From positions 192,001 through 256,000 of the forward strand of contig CBDCCS010000011.1 in the NCBI GenBank assembly GCA_965214935.1: 64,000 bases of DNA, read 5' to 3'. The DNA comes from Candidatus Velthaea sp. (GTDB lineage: Bacteria > Vulcanimicrobiota > Vulcanimicrobiia > Vulcanimicrobiales > Vulcanimicrobiaceae). Positions 51,718 to 61,694 of the stretch are shown here, piece after piece. Under the pieces are notes generated by a model, which was not told the origin of the DNA, did no database searches, and was given only the letters and a program-made list of their open reading frames with translations. Position 1 is the stretch's first letter, and the number at the start of each line of letters is the position of its first letter. A program made the position numbers and the translations under genes.

Positions 51718-52992
51718 ATGGCCTCCGTTGAGATCGTCACGATCGGGACTGAAATATTGCTCGGACATCTGGTCGACACGAACGCTGCGTTTATCGCACG
51801 CGAACTTGCCGATGGCGGAATCGACGTCTATGCCAAGCATTCCGTGGGCGATAATGCCGAGCGCCTAGCGCTCATGCTCGCGGGCGCACTCGAGCGAGCC
51901 GACGGCGTCGTCACGACCGGCGGTCTCGGTCCGACCGTCGACGACTTGACCAAGGATGCCGTCGGGCGCGCGGTCGGGTGCGAACTCGAACTGCACGCGC
52001 CCTCGCTACGCGCCATCGAAGCGCGCTTTGCCGCGATGGGCCGGATCATGAGCGACAATAACCGGCGTCAAGCGATTCTTCCCGCCGGAAGTGTCGTTTT
52101 GGAAAATCCGCACGGAACGGCACCGGGTTTCGTCGCTGTGCGCGCGGACGGCAAATTCGTCGCATCGATGCCCGGCGTTCCGCGCGAAATGAAACCGATG
52201 CTGACCGAACGGTTGCTGCCGTGGCTTCGCGAGCGCTTCAACGTGCGTGGGGCAATCTACACGCGGACGCTGCATACCGTCGGCATTCCCGAATCGGAAG
52301 TCGACCGGCGTATCGAAGATTTGTTTCGCAACTTAGAAAACCCGAAAATCGCGGTCTTGGCCCACAGTGGCCGCGTCGATGTAAAGATCATGGCGAAAGC
52401 GCCCGACCCGGCGGCGGCCCGCGCCATGATCGACCCGCTTGCCGTCGAATTGCGCGACCGCATCGGCAGCGGCTATTTCGGCGCGGACGATACGACGCTG
52501 GAAAGCGCGATCGTCGGTGAACTGATCAAACACGGCTTGACGCTGGGCACCGCTGAATCGTGCACCGGCGGCGCGATCGCCGACGCGCTCGTCGGCGTCG
52601 CCGGCGCATCGCGCACGTTTCGCGGATCGATCGTGGCCTACGCAAACGATGTGAAAACAAGCTTGCTGCACGTTGCGGAGCGCACGTTGGCAACGTCGGG
52701 TGCCGTCAGCGAAGAAACGGCGCTTGCGATGGCCGCCGGTGCGCGCCGCTCGCTGGGGGTGGACGTCGCAATTGCGACGACCGGTATTGCCGGACCCGAC
52801 GGAGGGACGCCCGAAAAGCCGGTCGGCCTCGTTTGGTTTGGTCTTGCCGATGCCGACGGGAGTGCCGATGCTATCAAGATGACGTTTCCCGGAACGCGCG
52901 ACGACATTCGCTCGCGGGCGACAACTGCGGCGCTGAATCTACTTTGGCGACGCTTGGAAAGCAACACCCACGCTCAGGGAGTCGTTAATTAA
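51718..52992 (+). CDS. cinA: Competence/damage-inducible protein CinA (MocF plus PncC domains)
   Basis: GTEILLG..VDTN, GGLGPTVDD, AESCTGG and TGIAGP motifs. Confidence 0.95.
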   Translation: MASVEIVTIGTEILLGHLVDTNAAFIARELADGGIDVYAKHSVGDNAERLALMLAGALERADGVVTTGGLGPTVDDLTKDAVGRAVGCELELHAPSLRAIEARFAAMGRIMSDNNRRQAILPAGSVVLENPHGTAPGFVAVRADGKFVASMPGVPREMKPMLTERLLPWLRERFNVRGAIYTRTLHTVGIPESEVDRRIEDLFRNLENPKIAVLAHSGRVDVKIMAKAPDPAAARAMIDPLAVELRDRIGSGYFGADDTTLESAIVGELIKHGLTLGTAESCTGGAIADALVGVAGASRTFRGSIVAYANDVKTSLLHVAERTLATSGAVSEETALAMAAGARRSLGVDVAIATTGIAGPDGGTPEKPVGLVWFGLADADGSADAIKMTFPGTRDDIRSRATTAALNLLWRRLESNTHAQGVVN

Positions 52993-52996
52993 CACG

Positions 52997-55306
52997 ATGC
53001 ACGACCGCTTTTCGTTTGCCGCGCGCATTTCGGCTGCGCTCACGTTGACTGCGTTTCTTTCAGCCTGCGGCGGCGGGGGAGGCGGCGGCGGCACGACCCC
53101 GCCCGTGTCGCCGACATCGGTACCGATTACCACCGTACCGCCCGCCGGGACCATCCTGGTTCCCGGCGTGCAGAGCAGCGGCGGCGGCGCCGGCGGTTTT
53201 CAGAACGTCGGTTCAACGCCGAGCGTTTATACGGTCACGTCGAATCCGAGCGGTCAGACGTTCACGTTGCAGGGTCAGTCGTATACGACTCCGGCGAGCG
53301 TGACGCCGGCCGCGACGTCGACCACGTCGACAAGCGCGTCGGCAATCGTCTTTGCCTCCGGCTTCACGGTACCGGTTGCGCAGGTCGCCGATGGACCGCA
53401 TAGGGTATTTTACAACGCGGCGTCGGATGCCACCGGAGCGATCGGCATTGCAAGCTTGCAATCGTTGCGCCGCCGTCCGGCTGCGCTTCGTTTGCCGACG
53501 CAATTGGCCGCCGTCCGGCGTCCGTTACGCGTCGCGCGCGGCCATGTGAATGAACTTGATCCGTCGCGCGTCGCCGTTCGATTGAGTGCCGCGGCATTGC
53601 GCACGTCGGGCCGATCGGTAACGGATGTCGCGCGCGCCGCCGGCAGCGTCGGACGTCCGACGCAATCGGCGACGAGCGACCCGCTCGAAGTTGTAACGAT
53701 ACCGGCCGGTGTCGATCGCGCGACGTTCATTCGCACGCTGCAAGCGCAGCCCGAAGTGGCCGAAGTAACGGCCGTTCATCTGCGGCACCTGCAATCGCGT
53801 GCGCCGACGACGGTGACCGATCCCGGCTTCAGCCTGCCGTATCAATGGTACACGTATGCGACCGGCACGAATTTCGCCTGGTCGTACAATCCGGGCACCG
53901 GTGCGAAAATTGCCGTCGTCGATACCGGAATCGACGAATCGAATACGGACTTGACGTCGCAGCTTGCCTATCAAGAAACGGTCGTCACGCCGATCGACAA
54001 CACGCCGACGGCGGCAAACGGCAATGCGCCGACTTGCAATCCGGTCAGCGGCGCGACCGCGACGGTAACACCGAACACGGCGCCGGACGACAACGGGCAC
54101 GGAACCAACACGGCCGGACTTGCCATTGCCAAGCAAGACACCGCGGGGTTTGCCGGAGCGGCCTGGGGCGCGCAACTCATGGCGTTCAAGATTTTCCCGA
54201 ATCAGAATTCGTATTGTAATGACGGCGGCGGCCCGAACGAAGATTCGACCTCGAACATCGGTGCCGACACCTCCGACGAAGCGCAAGCGATCGGCGATGC
54301 CGTCGCGCACGGTGCCGACGTCATCAGCTTGAGTTTAGGCGGCGGGGAATTCGATACCGTCGATTTCAACGCGATCGAAAGCGCGATCGCGGCCGGCGTC
54401 ACCGTCGTTGCGGCCGCAGGTAATTCCGACGCGCAATTGCCGGCTGGTACGCTCGACTATCCGGCCGCGTACCCGGGCGTTATTTCCGTCGGTGCAACCG
54501 GATTGAAAGACGAATACTACACCAACGCTGCGCCGCCGGCGGACGGCACGTACGCGACGTCGACGGAGTTCGTCACGTCGTATTCGCAGTACGCGCCGAG
54601 CTTGAGTGTCGTGGCGCCCGGCGGCGACGCACCAGCTTGCTTTGCGGCAAATGCGGCGGCCAATTGCGATCTAGATCTATTGCACTGGATCGCCGGCTAC
54701 ACCACGTCACATGCATTCGTCCCCGCCGAGCAATGCAGCAGGCCGACGCCCGCCACGAGTTGCGTCGCGCTCTTCAACGGAACATCGATGAGCACGCCGC
54801 AAGTGGCGGCCACCGCGGCAATGCTCGTTGCCGAAGCCGGTGGACACGGAGCGCTGAGCCCGGCTGCAATCAAATATACGATCGAAAGCACGGCCGACAA
54901 TATCAACGATAGCCATCAAGGCCATGGGCGGCTCAACGCCTATCGCGCGTTGGCTTCGTTGATCCGGGATACCGGCACGTTTAGCGGACCGGTGCCGGTC
55001 AGCACCGGCGTCATGCAACTCGTTGCGTTTGCCTACAATGCGGTGAATACCAATCGGCCGTCGATCGTCGATGCGAGTTTTCCCGCCGGCGTGCCGCTTG
55101 ATGTAAACGGCTCGTTCCGGATCGCCGACGTTCCGGTCAGCGTCGGAACTTACGGGGTCGCGGTCTGGTACGATGCCAACGGCGACGGCGTGGTCGATGC
55201 GGGCGATCAGATCGGCACGGCGGCTACCAAGTGCTCGACAACGTCAATCTGCCAAATCGGCACGATCGTTCTGCACCCGGTCAACGCCGGTTACTATCTG
55301 CCGTAG
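52997..55306 (+). CDS. S8 subtilisin-like lipoprotein protease
   Basis: Lipobox LSAC plus poly-Gly; catalytic triad VDTG / HGT / GTSMS. Confidence 0.92.
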   Translation: MHDRFSFAARISAALTLTAFLSACGGGGGGGGTTPPVSPTSVPITTVPPAGTILVPGVQSSGGGAGGFQNVGSTPSVYTVTSNPSGQTFTLQGQSYTTPASVTPAATSTTSTSASAIVFASGFTVPVAQVADGPHRVFYNAASDATGAIGIASLQSLRRRPAALRLPTQLAAVRRPLRVARGHVNELDPSRVAVRLSAAALRTSGRSVTDVARAAGSVGRPTQSATSDPLEVVTIPAGVDRATFIRTLQAQPEVAEVTAVHLRHLQSRAPTTVTDPGFSLPYQWYTYATGTNFAWSYNPGTGAKIAVVDTGIDESNTDLTSQLAYQETVVTPIDNTPTAANGNAPTCNPVSGATATVTPNTAPDDNGHGTNTAGLAIAKQDTAGFAGAAWGAQLMAFKIFPNQNSYCNDGGGPNEDSTSNIGADTSDEAQAIGDAVAHGADVISLSLGGGEFDTVDFNAIESAIAAGVTVVAAAGNSDAQLPAGTLDYPAAYPGVISVGATGLKDEYYTNAAPPADGTYATSTEFVTSYSQYAPSLSVVAPGGDAPACFAANAAANCDLDLLHWIAGYTTSHAFVPAEQCSRPTPATSCVALFNGTSMSTPQVAATAAMLVAEAGGHGALSPAAIKYTIESTADNINDSHQGHGRLNAYRALASLIRDTGTFSGPVPVSTGVMQLVAFAYNAVNTNRPSIVDASFPAGVPLDVNGSFRIADVPVSVGTYGVAVWYDANGDGVVDAGDQIGTAATKCSTTSICQIGTIVLHPVNAGYYLP

Positions 55307-55383
55307 CGCCCGATTGTGAGAGCCGGTGCCCGACCGGCTCTCACATCTCGAAAATTGCTTTGGTCGTTAAGGCGTTCGGACGA

Positions 55384-55752
55384 TTATCGAATCTCACCAA
55401 AGTACAGCGTATGCCCTTGGTCGTCATTGATTGCGAACTCGCGCGTTCCCCAGGCGGTGTCGTGCACGTCCCCGATGATGCGTACTCCTTTCTTCTTAAA
55501 TGTTTTTGCGGCGGCCGCCGCATCGTTCGTCTCGAAGTACAGATGGAAGTGCTCGTTCTTTTCCACGTATTCGATCGTCGGGTCTTTTCGATCGACGAGT
55601 TTCAAATGAATGAGCGCGTCACCGGCTCGAATACCGGCGTAAAAATCTGCGTATTCAAACTCGAGCGTCAAGCCTAAGGTCTTCGTATAAAATCGTATGG
55701 ACGCAGCGATGTCCGTCGTACGGAGTTGCGCGATGACACGTAATAGCTTCAT
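55384..55752 (-). CDS. VOC/glyoxalase/bleomycin-resistance family protein
   Basis: SIRFYTKTLG and WGTREFAINDDQGH motifs; GGAGG RBS. Confidence 0.88.
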   Translation of the reverse strand: MKLLRVIAQLRTTDIAASIRFYTKTLGLTLEFEYADFYAGIRAGDALIHLKLVDRKDPTIEYVEKNEHFHLYFETNDAAAAAKTFKKKGVRIIGDVHDTAWGTREFAINDDQGHTLYFGEIR

Positions 55753-55964
55753 TTCCCTCCGGCGTGATCGTCTCTGCACATCGTTCGGCTGCATTGAAAC
55801 GGAGGTTCGCTCGGCGAGCGGTCGACGCCGGCGGTCGGGCAACCAAACGTTCCCGGCTGGTTCCGCACGGCGGGCCGGCGAGTCTCACCTCGCGTTCGAA
55901 AAGTCACGATCACGACGAAGAGCGGTACCCAAGCCGGCAAGCTTTCGGTGACGAAACGGACCGC

Positions 55965-57401
55965 ATGAGACAGACGGCTTTCGGTCGCCGTATCGCGCGC
56001 GCTGCACTCGCCACGGCTGCCGTATTCGGTAGCTTTTGCAGTACCTACGCACTCTGCCTTTGGGCTCACGCGCAGGCGGGTCCCGCAATTTTAGCGGCAA
56101 TACTAGCGCTCGGCTTCGCGCGGCGCGAGCGCCGGAACGCACCCCTCGCAGCCGTTCCGGCGATCATCACGGCCACGACGGTCACCGCTGCCGGCGTTGC
56201 CTGGCTGCTGCACGCGGTGCCGCTGGTCGGAGCGGTAGCATTTACCGGCGCCTTGTTCGTTTCGATTTGGTTGCGCAATTTCGGCGAGCGCGCGCGCGCG
56301 GCCGGTGCAATGATCGCCATGCCGCTCGCCGCGATTCTCGTTGCGCCCGCCGGCGCGTACGCACCGGGCGGGATCGGCATGGATCTCGGCCTCCTTGTCG
56401 CCGCCGGGGGCATCGCGTATGCGGCAGTGACCGCGTCACATCGGCTCGCCGATCGAGCCGGTATTCTAATACGTCGCGCACCGATCGTTGAACCACGTCG
56501 CGAGCCGTCGCGCGCCGGCGGCCTTTCGCCCAGTACGCGCTTCGCATTACAGGCCGCGACCGGCGTGGCTTGCGCTTTCGCCGTGGGCTTCGCCGTTTTT
56601 CCCGCGCACTACGGCTGGTCCGTGTTCACCGCATTCATCGTCAACAGCGGTGTGCGCAGCCGCGGCGATGCCGTGTACCGTGGTGTGTTGCGTTTCGGCG
56701 GCGCGGCGGCCGGGACGCTGGCAGCTGGTCTGCTCATGCAACTTCCACAACCGAGCGGCGCGGTCGAAACGGCGACGATCTTTGCCGTACTCTTTGCCGG
56801 TATCGCTCTGCGCGAAGTAAATTATGCATACTGGGCGGCGTGTATGACGCTCGTTCTCGGGATGTTGACGACAACGCACGGCGCCGGCTTTGGCTTCTTG
56901 GGCGTCCGGCTCGAAGCAATCGTCGCCGGCGCGGTCTGCGCTGTCGTAGCCGCCTGGTATGTGATGCCGATTCGGCTCGAAGCGGTCATTCGCCGCCGGC
57001 TCGCCGACGCGCTCGCGGCGCTCGGCGACGTGTTTGCTGCCACGGATGTCGCCGAGCAGGAACGCATGGACCGGCAAGCACTTTTCGAGCATCGAATGAC
57101 GGAACTTCATGCCGTCGCCGCTCCGGCGCGCTGGCATCGCCGGATTTTTGTTCGCGGCGACGCCGCTGCGCATCCGGCCAGTTGGCTCGATCTCGCCGGC
57201 GACATCTGCGTTCGTGCGTGCGTACTTAGCAGCGGCGGCGTGGTGAGCGAGCGGCGGCGCGCCGCTGTTCGCGGCGCAATCGGCTTATCGCGCCGCGCGC
57301 TTGCCACCCCCGCAAAGCCTGCGGCCGCCGAGCACGCGATGTCGGTGAGCGGGGCGCTCAAGAAGCTGCACGATGCGCTGCCCGCACAGCCGCCGGACTG
57401 A
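55965..57401 (+). CDS. FUSC-family membrane protein
   Basis: HYGWS...R..GT...RL pattern; many TM segments. Confidence 0.8.
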   Translation: MRQTAFGRRIARAALATAAVFGSFCSTYALCLWAHAQAGPAILAAILALGFARRERRNAPLAAVPAIITATTVTAAGVAWLLHAVPLVGAVAFTGALFVSIWLRNFGERARAAGAMIAMPLAAILVAPAGAYAPGGIGMDLGLLVAAGGIAYAAVTASHRLADRAGILIRRAPIVEPRREPSRAGGLSPSTRFALQAATGVACAFAVGFAVFPAHYGWSVFTAFIVNSGVRSRGDAVYRGVLRFGGAAAGTLAAGLLMQLPQPSGAVETATIFAVLFAGIALREVNYAYWAACMTLVLGMLTTTHGAGFGFLGVRLEAIVAGAVCAVVAAWYVMPIRLEAVIRRRLADALAALGDVFAATDVAEQERMDRQALFEHRMTELHAVAAPARWHRRIFVRGDAAAHPASWLDLAGDICVRACVLSSGGVVSERRRAAVRGAIGLSRRALATPAKPAAAEHAMSVSGALKKLHDALPAQPPD

Positions 57402-57444
57402 CCGCCGCAACGTTTGCGCACGCACCGATCCGCTTACATGACGA

Positions 57445-58113
57445 CTACGGCACGAGGGCAAAGTCGCTACTCGTATTGTCCTCATCGACGGTGTTGTCGG
57501 GATGAAGCCGAAACGCGCCGGACGGCTCGCGGACGACCGTAACGCGAACGCGCCGCCGTACCGGCGTTTTTATTGGAACCGCCGCGATCTCCGCATGAAT
57601 GAGGTCGTACATTCCGCGCGTTACGACGAGCACGTCGACGATGGTTTGCGTCTCGCCGGGTTCGAGTATGATGTGGTTGCCGCGATGACCGCCGATCGAC
57701 GCATCGCGCAGTTCGCTATACGCTTCAATGACGCGCCGCCCAGCAACCGGAAGATTCCGCATGAATGTTTGCTCGCTCGCAGTTTTGCGAAATGTCGTCG
57801 TTGCATGTGCACCGTAGCGATAACCCCACACCGTGAATGCATCCGCTGCAATATCGATCTCGGTCTTTCCGGTATTCTGCAAGCTGATCGTAAAGCCGAG
57901 AAAGTCGCGTCGCGCATCTCGGCCCAAGCGCGAGATCGCAATGGATTGGCCCAACGCCGCCGGTTCTTGCGCCGGCTTGATGCGTTCCTGATAAATGAAC
58001 GTATAGAACGCCCAAGCACCCGCGGCAACGATTGCAAGCGATTCGACGACATGCCGGATCGTCGTCCAGCGATCGTCGATGAGCCGGAATTGACGCGGTT
58101 CGCGTGCGCTCAC
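57445..58113 (-). CDS. Hypothetical protein with N-terminal TM and beta-rich domain
   Basis: Begins 1 nt after the oxidoreductase stop; single TM then NTGK..ID beta pattern. Confidence 0.7.
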   Translation of the reverse strand: MSAREPRQFRLIDDRWTTIRHVVESLAIVAAGAWAFYTFIYQERIKPAQEPAALGQSIAISRLGRDARRDFLGFTISLQNTGKTEIDIAADAFTVWGYRYGAHATTTFRKTASEQTFMRNLPVAGRRVIEAYSELRDASIGGHRGNHIILEPGETQTIVDVLVVTRGMYDLIHAEIAAVPIKTPVRRRVRVTVVREPSGAFRLHPDNTVDEDNTSSDFALVP

Positions 58114-58114
58114 A

Positions 58115-59143
58115 TCACGCGCTGAAACCCAGCGCAGCTAGTACGCGCTGCGTTTCGAGCGACTCGGCGAAGCTCGGTGCATGACCGCCTCCGGTCTCGA
58201 TTCGCTGCGCAAAGTCATCGAGCAACGACAGAAACGGCGGCAGATTCGGCGCGACCGAGCTGTACTTTGCATACGGTGACGCCGATAGCTCAAGTTCGCT
58301 CTGCTCGTCGGGTTCGACGGAAAACATCCGCATATCGATCAAGAACTCACCGTTAGCCACGACCGAGATATCTTCGGCGTGCAAGCCGATCGTCGCTTGA
58401 TTCATGCTCGTCGTTCCGTCGACGGTGACCCGCGCAATAAGTCCGTCGCCGTAGTCGAGTAATGCGAAGACACCGTCGAAAACGTCGCTGCTAAACTCAC
58501 CGTCGGCGTCGCTGCGCGTCGGATTCGCCGTGCGGCCGAAACCGCTTACGACGATCGGCGCACGTCCGGCAAGCCAATTCGCCAGATCGACCGTATGCGG
58601 CATGACCGAGTTGGCAACGCCGCCGCCGCGTGCACGGGAATACCACCAGCTCGAACGCGGCCGTAATGCCGCCACGCGCAGTTCGTTGCCGAAACGCGTA
58701 ACCTCGATCTGCCGCACGTTGCTGATGCGTCCGCCGGCCATGAGTTGTTTGAGCGATGCTTCGGCCGGCGCGTACCGGAATTCATGAGCGACCGCGCATG
58801 CGGTACCGGCACGTGCGGCGGCGGCGGTCATCTCTTGGGCCTCTTGGACATTGAGAGCAAACGGTTTTTCGCACAGAACATGCTTGCCGGCGGCAAGCGC
58901 CGCGAGCACTGCAGCGTGGTGATCGAACGGCGGCGATGCAACGGAAATAACGTCGACTTGCGTATCGGCGAGCAGCGCTTCGAGACTTGAAAAAGCGTGC
59001 GGAATGCGACGCTCGCGCGCAACCCGTTCGGCGTTGAGCGGCGAGGCAATAGCGACGACCTCAAAGGCCGGATGCAACGTAAACGCCGGCGCATGAACGC
59101 TGCCGCCGAAGCCGCTGCCGACGATCCCGACTTTATAGGTCAT
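58115..59143 (-). CDS. Gfo/Idh/MocA-family NAD(P)-dependent oxidoreductase
   Basis: GIVGSGFG, GKHVLCEKP and HTVD motifs. Confidence 0.92.
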   Translation of the reverse strand: MTYKVGIVGSGFGGSVHAPAFTLHPAFEVVAIASPLNAERVARERRIPHAFSSLEALLADTQVDVISVASPPFDHHAAVLAALAAGKHVLCEKPFALNVQEAQEMTAAAARAGTACAVAHEFRYAPAEASLKQLMAGGRISNVRQIEVTRFGNELRVAALRPRSSWWYSRARGGGVANSVMPHTVDLANWLAGRAPIVVSGFGRTANPTRSDADGEFSSDVFDGVFALLDYGDGLIARVTVDGTTSMNQATIGLHAEDISVVANGEFLIDMRMFSVEPDEQSELELSASPYAKYSSVAPNLPPFLSLLDDFAQRIETGGGHAPSFAESLETQRVLAALGFSA

Positions 59144-60447
59144 GCCTCGACCCGCGGCTGCAAGCAAGATTCGAGCAGAGCGAGCGCCCGGGCGAGCTGA
59201 TCGTGTTCGATGGTAAGCGGCGGCGCGATTGTAATCGACGTCCCTGTCGGACCGGATTGAAGCACGATGACTCCTCGTTCGAGCGCATCGACGACGACGC
59301 GGTTTGCAATCCCGGCATCGACAAATTCAACCGCCCACAGAAAACCGACGCCGCGTACCGCCTTAACGCCGTCATAGTTGAGAAAGCGCTCGACGCGCTC
59401 GGCGAAAGCCGCCGTACCGGCTTGAACGCGTGCAACGAGTTGCAGCCGCTCAAATTCATCGAGCGTCGCGAGGGCCGCAGCGCAAGCAATCGGGTTGCCC
59501 AAAAATGTCGCTGTATGCAAGGCTTCACCGCTACTTTTCGCCCAGGCATCTATGACGCCCGCCCGGCCGATCGTCGCGCCGATCGGAACGCCGCCGCCCA
59601 GCGCTTTACCGATGCACAGCAGATCGGGCACGACATCGTCGCGCTGACAGGCGAACAGCATGCCCGTCCGTCCGAAACCGGTGTAGATCTCATCGACGAT
59701 CAACAGCACGCCGCGTGCGTTGCAAAGCGCGCGCAGGCCGCGCAAAAATCCGGCGGGCGGGACGATCACGCCGCCGCGGCCCTGAACCGGTTCGACCACA
59801 ATCGCGGCGATCTCCCGATCCGCGTCGAGCGCTTCGCTTGCCGCAGCAAGCGCGGCGGCCGCCGAATCGTCCGCGCCGGGATAGCGCAGCCAAGTGGTGC
59901 GCTTGCCGACCAAGGCTTTGAACGGATCGCGGAATTTCGGTATGCCGGTGACTTCGAGCGTGCCGAGCGACAGACCGTGATACGCGCCGTCGTAAGCGAG
60001 AAAGCGCGACCGGCCGGTCTTGAGTACGGCGGTCTTGAGCGCAAATTCAATGGCTTCCGCGCCGCCCGTCGTCAGGTACGTCTTCTGCAGATCGCCGGGC
60101 GCAATTGCCGCCAATCGTTCAAGCAACCGAGCTTTGACAGCCGTCGGATGCACGTCCCCCATCCCGTGAATGAGCGCAGCGGACTGTTCGGCGATTGCGG
60201 CGCTCACCGCGGGGCTCGTGTGGCCGATATTCGCCACGCCGAACGCTGCAGTCAAATCGATGAAGCGATTGCCGTCGACATCGGTCACCAGTGCGCCGTT
60301 TGCGCTCGCCCAGAAGATCGGATACCGGTCGCCTAGATAGGTAACGCCTTGCGATTCATAGCGCGCCAAAGTCAGCGCAAGCGCGCGCGAACGCGGACCC
60401 GGAACGGCGGTAATTAGCTCCTCGAAGGCGCTTCGTGCGACGCTCAT
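59140..60447 (-). CDS. Class III PLP aminotransferase
   Basis: DVDGNRFID, EPVQGRGG, DEIYTGFGRTG and GKALGGG motifs. Confidence 0.93.
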   Translation of the reverse strand: MSVARSAFEELITAVPGPRSRALALTLARYESQGVTYLGDRYPIFWASANGALVTDVDGNRFIDLTAAFGVANIGHTSPAVSAAIAEQSAALIHGMGDVHPTAVKARLLERLAAIAPGDLQKTYLTTGGAEAIEFALKTAVLKTGRSRFLAYDGAYHGLSLGTLEVTGIPKFRDPFKALVGKRTTWLRYPGADDSAAAALAAASEALDADREIAAIVVEPVQGRGGVIVPPAGFLRGLRALCNARGVLLIVDEIYTGFGRTGMLFACQRDDVVPDLLCIGKALGGGVPIGATIGRAGVIDAWAKSSGEALHTATFLGNPIACAAALATLDEFERLQLVARVQAGTAAFAERVERFLNYDGVKAVRGVGFLWAVEFVDAGIANRVVVDALERGVIVLQSGPTGTSITIAPPLTIEHDQLARALALLESCLQPRVEA

Positions 60448-61694
60448 TCGCGATCGATCCAGCGGACAAAATCGGCGATCCGTGCCGAACCGCCGTGATG
60501 CGCGTCGGCGGGCGGGGCTTGCAATTCACCGAGCCGCGTAAGCCGCACGGCGCCGGCTTGTATCGCGAAAAGTACGGCGCCGGCGTCGCGCGGATCGCGA
60601 CAACCGACGGCTTCGATCGGCAGCCGGTGCCGTTGCAGATAGGCGATTGCCTCGCTACCATCGTGAACCGGATAGACCGGCAGAATGCGCGGCAAAAACG
60701 GCGGCGGCTGGTCGCGCGGCGGGTCGAATGCGATCGTACCCGTCCCGCCGGGGGGAGCTAGCACAGCGCCTCGTCCGGCGGCGGCCCGGAACGTGCCGAG
60801 ATTCCGATAGGCAGCTGCCGCTGCGGCCGATCGCGCATCGCTGCGGCCGGCCGGAAACTCGATCGCCACGCGCTCGAATGCGCCAGCGAGCTCGTTCGTG
60901 AAAGCGCGCGCGTCTGCATCGCTGCCGCTAACGAACAGCGCGTGCAGCGACATGCAGCCTTGGCCGTCATACAGCAGCGTATCGCGTGCGATGCCCTCCG
61001 TTAAATCGTTAAATTCGCTGCGCGAAATTCCAGTGCCGAAACTGGCGTCCGTGAGGTCGACGAAACCGATGCTTGCACGGTGACCGTATCCGATGAAGCG
61101 AGCTTCGGCGGGAAGTGCATTGCGAATTGCCGTCAATGCCGTACTGCTGCCGAATGCCACCACAACATCGGCGGCCGACAACCGGGCGTCTTCGCTCGTA
61201 TCGGCGCCGCCGGTCCAGGCGTGCGCGCTGACCGCCGCTGTAAATTCCGCCCGTTCATCGGCGAGCGTCTCGAAAAACGCGCCGGCCAGCAGGTCGCTGC
61301 GATCTTTAACGCCCACAGTGCATTTAGCACACAGCGCAAAGACGGCCGGTACGATCGCGACGCCGATCGTCGTATCGCTTGCAATGACCGCAACCCGGTC
61401 GACGCCGCGCGCGTAGGCCGCACGCGCCGGACCGCACGGCACGAAACCGTCGAGCGCTTCGAGCGAACCGAGCTCTGCCTGAATCGCCCTTCGCAACACC
61501 TCGGGCTGTAAGCTTTCGAAGAGCCGATCGAGTGCGTAATCGATGACCGGCAGCGCATACCCGAGCCGCTTCTCGATCGCCGCCGTTGCGCGGACACGGG
61601 GCGCGAAGTCGGCGTCGCTCCAGCGTTGCGCGGCAGCACCGATCGCCGATACGATCGACGCGGCGCTAAGCTCGCGCAGCAAGCTCTTCGGCAT
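60444..61694 (-). CDS. LuxC-like acyl-protein/acyl-CoA reductase
   Basis: AFGS...YGHRAS and YDGQGCMS (catalytic Cys position) motifs; ALDH-like fold; adjacent to a LuxE-like gene. Confidence 0.8.
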   Translation of the reverse strand: MPKSLLRELSAASIVSAIGAAAQRWSDADFAPRVRATAAIEKRLGYALPVIDYALDRLFESLQPEVLRRAIQAELGSLEALDGFVPCGPARAAYARGVDRVAVIASDTTIGVAIVPAVFALCAKCTVGVKDRSDLLAGAFFETLADERAEFTAAVSAHAWTGGADTSEDARLSAADVVVAFGSSTALTAIRNALPAEARFIGYGHRASIGFVDLTDASFGTGISRSEFNDLTEGIARDTLLYDGQGCMSLHALFVSGSDADARAFTNELAGAFERVAIEFPAGRSDARSAAAAAAYRNLGTFRAAAGRGAVLAPPGGTGTIAFDPPRDQPPPFLPRILPVYPVHDGSEAIAYLQRHRLPIEAVGCRDPRDAGAVLFAIQAGAVRLTRLGELQAPPADAHHGGSARIADFVRWIDRE

